Shown here piece after piece: positions 54,307 to 64,000 of a DNA stretch of 64,000 nt (positions are counted from its first letter, which is position 1; each line of letters starts with the position of its first letter). The DNA is from Eledone cirrhosa (taxonomy: Eukaryota). The DNA lies in contig OZ024752.1 in the NCBI GenBank assembly GCA_964016885.1, positions 45,570,001 through 45,634,000 of the forward strand. Direction: 5' to 3'. A model generated the notes under the pieces. The model saw only the letters and a list, made by a program, of their open reading frames with translations. It made no database searches and was not told the DNA's origin. The translations under genes were made by a program, and so were the position numbers.

Positions 54307-57300
54307 TTCTATTTGTGTAGTTACTGTTGAAGATGTTAGGCAATGCTGGGATTAGCTATAGTTTAGGGCCTTATTTAATCTTTATGAGCAAGACATTTTA
54401 TTTCACATTGCTCCAGTTTACTCAGCTGTAGAAATTAGATGATAGGGAATCAAGCCAGAATCAGTTCCCATCCCACCCTTGCAAGCAGGGAAAAGCACGT
54501 AAAATGATAATGATAAAAAGTATTTAGGTTTGGTAGTTGTAGAATACTGGCAGTCACCTCTCCGTCCAAGTCATTGGGTTTAAAATCATTGGCATTTAAT
54601 ACTAAGTGGAACTTGGATCTCTTCCATTAGATGTATTTAAGTGAGTTGCTTCTTCCTCCTGGCTTACATAGTTCATCAATAAATATTTAATGTCCTGAAC
54701 CATGTGAAATCAAGTTAGGATATTCCTGAAGAGTCCAAGATAACTCCATGTTAAAAGGTGAAGTCTTTTTCTCTGACATTCCAAATTTTCACAACTGTCT
54801 GTCCACTAGTAAAAACATTTGAATTAAATAAAGTTTGGCTCTAATAATTTATATTAAAACTGTTTATATTGCCAGAATCGGTAGAGGGTCGGACGCCATG
54901 TTTTACAGCATTGAGTTACGGCCCTTAAAATAAAGTACCAGTAATACACTGGAGTAATTGCTGGCCTTGTGCATAGAGTTACGGCCCTTGCCTTTCATTC
55001 TTACGGGGTCGATATAATAAAAGTACCAGTAATACACTGGAGTAATTGCTGGCCTTGTGCATAGTTACGGCCCTTGCCTTTCATTCTTACGGGGTCGATA
55101 TAATAAAAGTACCAGTAATACACTGGAGTAATTGCTGGCCTTGTGCATAGAGTTACGGCCCTTGCCTTTCATTCTTACGGGGTCGATATAATAAAAGTAC
55201 CAGAAATACACTGAGGTAATTGCTGGCCTTGTGCCAAAAGTAGAACCAGTTATTAAGGTAAACCCGACCCTAAGACTTAACTAGGGTTAATTTATTAAAA
55301 TATTACATCTTGATAATAGATCTGTAGGAACCCCCCAACCACCAGGCCACTACATTTGGTATAGTTAACCCTGGGTTAGTGTCCTTAGTCTTCTATTATA
55401 TACTAATTAAACCACGTGTTACCATCAATAATTGTTGTGAACTACATGGCAATATTTAGATATGTCAAGATGAAGTCCTAATGAGGAATTAAATGGTATT
55501 GTGATGTCTCTCCAAATGAGGAAAAAAAGATTCATATTTTTTTTTTATATATATATGCTGACTATCAGGATCACCCAACTGATGGAGAGAACATTTCTTT
55601 ACCTTTTGAGAATCTAGACATATTAGGGGATATTCCTACATGGCAGTGTCATTTTGTGGAGATTCTTTGATGTAAAATCCTTCTGAATAATTCCTGTCCT
55701 GAAATAGAAAACTAGGATATGTACCCACCTAATGAGTCTTCAGTTTAGGACAGACTTTAACTACTAAAGTAATTATCAAGGCCTCTATTCTGGTTATCAA
55801 AGAATATTGTATGCCAATTAATTAGCATGTTTATCTTTGAGATTTTTGAAGATTATATATTTAAAGCTAACTAGGCATACAGCCAAAATATTTCACCCTT
55901 TACCTGGAAACACCTGGTTTTATACAGAGCTGCACCGTTTAAAGTGCCCCTACTTCCCTTCGCTGTAAAAAAAAATTTTATTAAATCTATGAGCTAGTAT
56001 AAATTGTAGTTAAAATCTCCCCAATTTTTAAAAACATGAAATGAAAGGGCTTAAAGGAGTTCTTTTCTTTGTATCAAATATAACCACTTGCTATCTGTTC
56101 TCTGCGTGAGACAAGATTTAATCCTTTAATCCAGTTGTGGGCTGGTTTACTGACAGGTGTTTGTATATTGCTGCAAAGAGCATGGTATGTGTGTAGGGAG
56201 GGGTAAAGTGTCTCCAATGAGGAAGGAAAAATTCTGACTTTAGTGCTGACCAACAGGATCACCCAACTGATGGAGACATTCTATTTGTGTAGTTACTGTT
56301 GAAGATGTTAGGCAATGCTGGGATTAGCTATAGTTTAGGGCCTTATTTAATCTTTATGAGCAAGACATTTTATTTCACATTGCTCCAGTTTACTCAGCTG
56401 TAGAAATTAGATGATAGGGACTCAAGCAAGAATCAGTTCCCGTCCCACCCTTGCAAGCAGGGAAAAGCACGTAAAATGATAATGATAAAAAGTATTTAGG
56501 TTTGGTAGTTGTAGAATACTGGCAGTCACCTCTCCGTCCAAGTCATTGGGTTTAAAATCATTGGCATTTAATACTAAGTGGAACTTGGATCTCTTCCATT
56601 AGATGTATTTAAGTGAGTTGCTTCTTCCTCCTGGCTTACATAGTTCATCAATAAATATTTAATGTCCTGAACCATGTGAAACCAAGTTAGGATATTCCTG
56701 AAGAGTCCAAGATAACTCCATGTTAAAAGGTGAAGTCTTTTTCTCTGACATTCCAAATTTTCACAACTGTCTGTCCACTAGTAAAAACATTTGAATTAAA
56801 TAAAGTTTGGCTCTAATAATTTATATTAAAACTGTTTATATTGCCAGAATCGGTAGAGGGTCGGACGCCATGTTTTACAGCATTGAGTTACGGCCCTTAA
56901 AATAAAGTACCAGTAATACACTGGAGTAATTGCTGGCCTTGTGCATAGAGTTACGGCCCTTGCCTTTCATTCTTACGGGGTCGATATAATAAAAGTACCA
57001 GTAATACACTGGAGTAATTGCTGGCCTTGTGCATAGTTACAGCCCTTGCCTTTCATTCTTACGGGGTCGATATAATAAAAGTACCAGTAATACACTGGAG
57101 TAATTGCTGGCCTTGTGCATAGAGTTACGGCCCTTGCCTTTCATTCTTACGGGGTCGATATAATAAAAGTACCAGAAATACACTGAGGTAATTGCTGGCC
57201 TTGTGCCAAAAGTAGAACCAGTTATTAAGGTAAACCCGACCCTAAGACTTAACTAGGGTTAATTTATTAAAATATTACATCTTGATAATAGATCTGTAGG

Positions 57301-60300
57301 AACCCCCCAACCACCAGGCCACTACATTTGGTATAGTTAACCCTGGGTTAGTGTCCTTAGTCTTCTATTATATACTAATTAAACCACGTGTTACCATCAA
57401 TAATTGTTGTGAACTACATGGCAATATTTAGATATGTCAAGATGAAGTCCTAATGAGGAATTAAATGGTATTGTGATGTCTCTCCAAATGAGGAAAAAAA
57501 GATTCATATTTTTTTTTTATATATATATGCTGACTATCAGGATCACCCAACTGATGGAGAGAACATTTCTTTACCTTTTGAGAATCTAGACATATTAGGG
57601 GATATTCCTACATGGCAGTGTCATTTTGTGGAGATTCTTTGATGTAAAATCCTTCTGAATAATTCCTGTCCTGAAATAGAAAACTAGGATATGTACCCAC
57701 CTAATGAGTCTTCAGTTTAGGACAGACTTTAACTACTAAAGTAATTATCAAGGCCTCTATTCTGGTTATCAAAGAATATTGTATGCCAATTAATTAGCAT
57801 GTTTATCTTTGAGATTTTTGAAGATTATATATTTAAAGCTAACTAGGCATACAGCCAAAATATTTCACCCTTTACCTGGAAACACCTGGTTTTATACAGA
57901 GCTGCACCGTTTAAAGTGCCCCTACTTCCCTTCGCTGTAAAAAAAAATTTTATTAAATCTATGAGCTAGTATAAATTGTAGTTAAAATCTCCCCAATTTT
58001 TAAAAACATGAAATGAAAGGGCTTAAAGGAGTTCTTTTCTTTGTATCAAATATAACCACTTGCTATCTGTTCTCTGCGTGAGACAAGATTTAATCCTTTA
58101 ATCCAGTTGTGGGCTGGTTTACTGACAGGTGTTTGTATATTGCTGCAAAGAGCATGGTATGTGTGTAGGGAGGGGTAAAGTGTCTCCAATGAGGAAGGAA
58201 AAATTCTGACTTTAGTGCTGACCAACAGGATCACCCAACTGATGGAGACATTCTATTTGTGTAGTTACTGTTGAAGATGTTAGGCAATGCTGGGATTAGC
58301 TATAGTTTAGGGCCTTATTTAATCTTTATGAGCAAGACATTTTATTTCACATTGCTCCAGTTTACTCAGCTGTAGAAATTAGATGATAGGGACTCAAGCA
58401 AGAATCAGTTCCCGTCCCACCCTTGCAAGCAGGGAAAAGCACGTAAAATGATAATGATAAAAAGTATTTAGGTTTGGTAGTTGTAGAATACTGGCAGTCA
58501 CCTCTCCGTCCAAGTCATTGGGTTTAAAATCATTGGCATTTAATACTAAGTGGAACTTGGATCTCTTCCATTAGATGTATTTAAGTGAGTTGCTTCTTCC
58601 TCCTGGCTTACATAGTTCATCAATAAATATTTAATGTCCTGAACCATGTGAAACCAAGTTAGGATATTCCTGAAGAGTCCAAGATAACTCCATGTTAAAA
58701 GGTGAAGTCTTTTTCTCTGACATTCCAAATTTTCACAACTGTCTGTCCACTAGTAAAAACATTTGAATTAAATAAAGTTTGGCTCTAATAATTTATATTA
58801 AAACTGTTTATATTGCCAGAATCGGTAGAGGGTCGGACGCCATGTTTTACAGCATTGAGTTACGGCCCTTAAAATAAAGTACCAGTAATACACTGGAGTA
58901 ATTGCTGGCCTTGTGCATAGAGTTACGGCCCTTGCCTTTCATTCTTACGGGGTCGATATAATAAAAGTACCAGTAATACACTGGAGTAATTGCTGGCCTT
59001 GTGCATAGTTACAGCCCTTGCCTTTCATTCTTACGGGGTCGATATAATAAAAGTACCAGTAATACACTGGAGTAATTGCTGGCCTTGTGCATAGAGTTAC
59101 GGCCCTTGCCTTTCATTCTTACGGGGTCGATATAATAAAAGTACCAGAAATACACTGAGGTAATTGCTGGCCTTGTGCCAAAAGTAGAACCAGTTATTAA
59201 GGTAAACCCGACCCTAAGACTTAACTAGGGTTAATTTATTAAAATATTACATCTTGATAATAGATCTGTAGGAACCCCCCAACCACCAGGCCACTACATT
59301 TGGTATAGTTAACCCTGGGTTAGTGTCCTTAGTCTTCTATTATATACTAATTAAACCACGTGTTACCATCAATAATTGTTGTGAACTACATGGCAATATT
59401 TAGATATGTCAAGATGAAGTCCTAATGAGGAATTAAATGGTATTGTGATGTCTCTCCAAATGAGGAAAAAAAGATTCATATTTTTTTTTTATATATATAT
59501 GCTGACTATCAGGATCACCCAACTGATGGAGAGAACATTTCTTTACCTTTTGAGAATCTAGACATATTAGGGGATATTCCTACATGGCAGTGTCATTTTG
59601 TGGAGATTCTTTGATGTAAAATCCTTCTGAATAATTCCTGTCCTGAAATAGAAAACTAGGATATGTACCCACCTAATGAGTCTTCAGTTTAGGACAGACT
59701 TTAACTACTAAAGTAATTATCAAGGCCTCTATTCTGGTTATCAAAGAATATTGTATGCCAATTAATTAGCATGTTTATCTTTGAGATTTTTGAAGATTAT
59801 ATATTTAAAGCTAACTAGGCATACAGCCAAAATATTTCACCCTTTACCTGGAAACACCTGGTTTTATACAGAGCTGCACCGTTTAAAGTGCCCCTACTTC
59901 CCTTCGCTGTAAAAAAAAATTTTATTAAATCTATGAGCTAGTATAAATTGTAGTTAAAATCTCCCCAATTTTTAAAAACATGAAATGAAAAGGCTTAAAG
60001 GAGTTCTTTTCTTTGTATCAAATATAATCACTTGCTATCTGTTCTCTGCGTGAGACAAGATTTAATCCTTTAATCCAGTTGTGGGCTGGTTTACTGACAG
60101 GTGTTTGTATATTGCTGCAAAGAGCATGGTATGAGTGTAGGGAGGGGTAAAGTGTCTCCAATGAGGAAGGAAAAATTCTGACTTTAGTGCTGACCAACAG
60201 GATCACCCAACTGATGGAGACATTCTATTTGTGTAGTTACTGTTGAAGATGTTAGGCAATGCTGGGATTAGCTATAGTTTAGGGCCTTATTTAATCTTCA

Positions 60301-60854
60301 TGAGCAAGACATTTTATTTCACATTGCTCCAGTTTACTCAGCTGTAGAAACTAGATGATAGGGACTCAAGCCAGAATCAGTTCCCGTCCCACCCTTGTAA
60401 AATGATGATAAAAAGTATTTAGGTTTGGTAGTTGTAGAATACTGGCAGTCACTTACACCGTCCCCGTCCAAGTCATTGGGTTTAAAATCATCACTTGGTA
60501 AGGCACTAAAACACACAATGATTGAATCATTTCTACCAGTGGAATCCATTGGCCTTAATTTGTTTTACTTCACTCCTGCTTACACTGGAATGTCCATGAT
60601 TTACCAGTTGAACTTTGTTTATCCACTAGTTCATTAAAGTTCTTTGCTGTAGTGATGGTGGTAGTGGAGGTGGATTATTTTCTACTTAATCATTGCAAGA
60701 TGTTATCCATTGTGACGAATGAGCCGGGTCATTGCCGTGGTGTGGCTGCCAGTTTTATGAGGCTCGGTGATTCGGTCTCCTGGAGCGAACTACCAGAGTT
60801 AAGCCCTATAAAATATGTTGTGCAGGTATTAACACGTCTTTACTTATTTTACAG

Positions 60855-60962
60855 CTTTACCGTTTCTTGACCAGAAGAACCAATGCTAAGTTCAACAAGA
60901 TTATCTTAAAGCGTCTGTGCATGAGCAGAACCAACAGACCTCCAGTCCCACTTTCACGTATT
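60855..60962 (+). CDS. RPL18: RPL18 exon 3
   Basis: ACAG|[36 protein letters not shown]|GTAAGT. Confidence 0.97.
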
Positions 60963-61396
60963 GTAAGTATAGCTTTCTTAATAGACTCTATTGTAGTGGC
61001 CTGCTGGAAGAGAGGCTGGTGAGGGTTAGGTCATATGAAAAGTATTATTTTGGTAGTTTCACTAATATATGTATATATTTCAGCTGTAGAAATGAGATGA
61101 TAGGGACTGGGGTCCATATCATTCCACTGCAAAGTGGTTGTGCAGGTGACACGGCAAAAAAGCACCCAGCACTCACTGTAAATGAGGTTGGTGTTAGGAA
61201 GGGCATCCAGCTGTAGAAAATCAGTTCCCGTCCCACCCTTGCAAGCAGGGAAAAAGCGGACGTAAAATGAAATGATGAAATGATAACCTATAAATCGGTG
61301 AATGTTTCTAATTACACTATGGAATTTCTAACAAGGTCAGCTGGTTAGGAAGTAAAGAACATCTGTTGGTGTCTTTGTTCTACCAATTCTGTTTAA

Positions 61397-61584
61397 CCCT
61401 TTAGTATTTACATTACTCTATATATACTATTGTATTTTCACAGTAAAGACTTTATCTCACATAATATCAAATCTATGGGATTTTGATGTTATTTGTTTTG
61501 AGACCAATACCTTAACATCAGTATGGGCAGCCAATTTGAAGAGAAAGAGGTGAGAGAATTCTGGCCTGTTTAAATGCTAAAGGG
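61397..61584. mobile_element. piggyBac-type MITE in RPL18 intron 3
   Basis: TTAA|CCCTTTAGTATTTA...TAAATGCTAAAGGG|TTAT. Confidence 0.75.
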
Positions 61585-61816
61585 TTATTGTAGTAAGTTA
61601 TCACATCTCTATGTAGTTTTGAATACAGATTCTATTAGTTGAAAGCATATCAACTGACTAGTAAGGGTCAGATGTCTGCTAGTTTCTGGCCATATGCTAC
61701 AACTTTGATAGCACTTGTTTTGTAACCTAAAATAGGATTTAACCCAATAAAGTACAATGTTAGAAACCAGTATTTAGTACTTTCAAGGTGTTTTAAACTG
61801 TATTTTCTGTATACAG

Positions 61817-61912
61817 GTACGACACATGAAAGGACAAGGTGAAGATAAGATAGCTGTAGCTGTTGCTACGGTTACTGACGACATTCGTCTCCATGCAGTC
61901 CCCAAATTGAAG
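61817..61912 (+). CDS. RPL18: RPL18 exon 4 (gene continues beyond window)
   Basis: ATACAG|VRHMKGQGEDKIAVAVATVTDDIRLHAVPKLK|GTAAGT. Confidence 0.95.
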
Positions 61913-62327
61913 GTAAGTTCTGTTTTGTTGGGTTTCTCGTGAAATAAACAGTATTTCAAAGTTTGGTAATAATAAAAGATTTACAGAAGGTTCTCGTATC
62001 AAATTATGTTGGAAGATTCTGATATAACACAGGTCGAGTATAATAAAACAGCTTTGTGACTGCATCACATTATTTAATGTTAAAAACTGTAAATTGGGGA
62101 GTTGAAACGGGTTATTTCCTCGAAACAGGCAGTTTTTAGTCTAATATAGCGTATTTCCTGATGCCAAGGACACATCCTTATTTTGTCAACCAGTGGGTGG
62201 ACATGTAGATTTTTTTAGACATATTTTAGTGGAAAAAGTAGCATCTTTGACGCCGGGAAATACAGCAGGTATCAAAGGGGTTGAAGCCAATCAGCAAACT
62301 AAGATGGGGAAGGAGGGGATTTAAGGC

Positions 62328-62394
62328 GTCTCCAATGAGGAAGAAAAATTCTGATTTTTTTTTTTGATGACCTTCAACTTCAACTGACGGAGAC
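62328..62394 (+). ncRNA. box C/D snoRNA-like paralogue in RPL18 intron 4 (altered guide)
   Basis: GTCTCC aATGAGGA..CTGA..TTGATGA ccttcaacttcaa CTGA cGGAGAC. Confidence 0.6.
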
Positions 62395-63095
62395 ATTATT
62401 TGTATAGGTACTGATATGTTAGGGCTTCGGGTTGATTACTCTCCCAAATAATGGGGTGAGGGGAGAATGCGTAAATTTTTGTAACATATTGAGGCCCTAA
62501 TCCATCCTATTTGTTTTATAATTTGGGATTTTTAGTAATGTACTTCTTTGTTATGTAGGTTTTTTTTAATGTCCAAAGAATAGTTGTGGAATGCTACCAC
62601 TTAAAATAAAATTTTGGTGGGGATAGATTAGCAAAATTTAATAAGTGGGAGCAGGGGGCTATTCGAGGCCTGAGAGTTGGGGTTGGCATTTATTACTGTC
62701 TCGGAGAAGTCAACCGGGCTGTAGGATGTTGGTGGTGTGCAGGGGCTGGGGCCACCTAACTGGAACATCTTACTTTGTTGCTGTTAATGTTTAAATTATT
62801 TTGAAGTGATTCCCTTTTCCATTCTAGTTGACATTGTTGGTCCCTTCACCCTTCTGGGTCCACCATACAAAGAAATTTATTTAAAGGTTTATCATTTAAA
62901 AACCTTCCATCATAATTTTATGTAAGAACCTTTGTTAAATTATATATTCCAAACATTAGTTGAAATACTTAGGAAGCCATTTAGTTGTTACTAAATCCTG
63001 TTTTCCTCGATTGTTTTAAAGATAAGAAATATGGTCCCGAAAGGGTTAAGTTAATGTCCTAGCAACAATAATATTGGTGGGTTGGGGAATAGAAA

Positions 63096-63169
63096 TGTCT
63101 CCAATGAGGAAGAAATGTTCTGATTTTTTTTTTGTGATGACCATCAAGATCACCCAACTGATGCAGACA
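63096..63169 (+). ncRNA. box C/D snoRNA-like paralogue in RPL18 intron 4
   Basis: TGTCT..ATGAGGA..CTGA..GTGATGA (perfect C') ccatcaagatcacccaa CTGA..AGACA. Confidence 0.7.
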
Positions 63170-64000
63170 ACTATTTCTGTAGTTACTATTGGTGTGGAGA
63201 CTGTCAATTGGCAATCAGAATGCCAGATAGTATATGTTTAGGCTCTCTGTCTCTCTCTGCTCTGGGTTCATATTTCCATCCTTTGTGGGGTTAATAAAAT
63301 AGCCCAATATTGGGGTTTACACTGTTTTCAGTTAATCATACTCAAGAAGGATATCAATTATATTGGTTTGTAACTTAACTTTTCTATATGCAGATTTGAC
63401 ATTCTGTCAGGTAAGATATCAATATATTATTGACAATGTAGTCGTATATAGATTTCCATAACAATAAAATAGCTCATTAACAGGTGTGTACATACAGATT
63501 TAATACATAATGGTGGTCTTGTCTTGAGGAAAGTAGCTGGACAGTTGTCTTTAGATGTTGCAATCTATAAAACTGGGGGTTCTCATTTGATGGATGCAAC
63601 TGGTCAATCACACTGAGCTGCTTCTAAATATCATGCCTCGTGGGCAAGTCCTAGAATACTCTTCTGCTTCTGGCTGGATATTTATCATCAGGTGGTGACA
63701 TTTCGCTATATCACGGTTTTATGTCCATGCTAGTGTAAGACTCGTGGTCAGTTGACCACATCATTCCTAATGTGTTGGGAAGATTTGTAAAGAGCATCAA
63801 TTGCCCCTGGTTTGTGTTTTGGGAGTTGAAATTCCAAGGTCGGCTTTGAGTTTCCTATAGGGATATATAGTGTTCTCTACATCACAATATCCCATGTTTC
63901 TGAAATTAATATATACCAAATGTAGTATGATAGGACTGGGGTACCTATCATAGGAACCTCCTATGAGATACAACCTTGTAGGGGGCCAGCTAAACCTACA

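Larger units (their letters stand above)
52866..60490. repeat. 1972-bp tandem repeat, about 3.8 copies, in RPL18 intron 2
   Basis: Unit starts at 52866, 54836, 56808 and 58780. Identical ORF-track entries recur at 1972-bp spacing. Confidence 0.97.

Noticed and set aside
54102-60206. Repeated 62-aa and 60-aa ORFs
   Set aside because: Antisense to the RPL18 intron; they recur only because of the 1972-bp duplication and have no recognisable motif.
63096-63169. Identification as U24 or U3 snoRNA
   Set aside because: The U24-like ACCA(C/U)CAAGAUC segment is displaced 6 nt from box D and not conserved in all copies; size and layout do not fit U3.

Overview
Eukaryotic (metazoan) genomic DNA that is very AT-rich and saturated with microsatellites. 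The SINE content suggests a cephalopod such as Octopus (inference). Most entries in the ORF track are microsatellite artefacts. Two real protein genes are supported: a single-ORF BTB-BACK protein with an acidic tail (44294-46657, minus strand) and the first four exons of ribosomal protein eL18/RPL18 (51902-61912, plus strand, pyrimidine-rich TOP-like start; the gene continues past the window). RPL18 intron 2 holds about 3.8 tandem copies of a 1972-bp unit, each carrying two box C/D snoRNA-like genes. Two more copies lie in intron 4, giving 10 in total with no confidently assignable target. The most striking hidden signal lies in 4-52 kb. About 13 unrelated short sequence families sit in (TA)n or other microsatellites, often as head-to-head fold-backs. 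Each carries a type I hammerhead ribozyme motif, often followed closely by AATAAA and a short tail. Two families use the compensatory U3-A8 core. These look like Penelope-like/retrozyme-type termini. Also present: a Helitron whose empty site is preserved in the mirror arm, piggyBac-type MITEs, microsatellite-associated R4/Dong-, Tx1- and RTE-like 3' fragments, a palindrome of two tRNA-like heads, many SINEs and several minisatellites.
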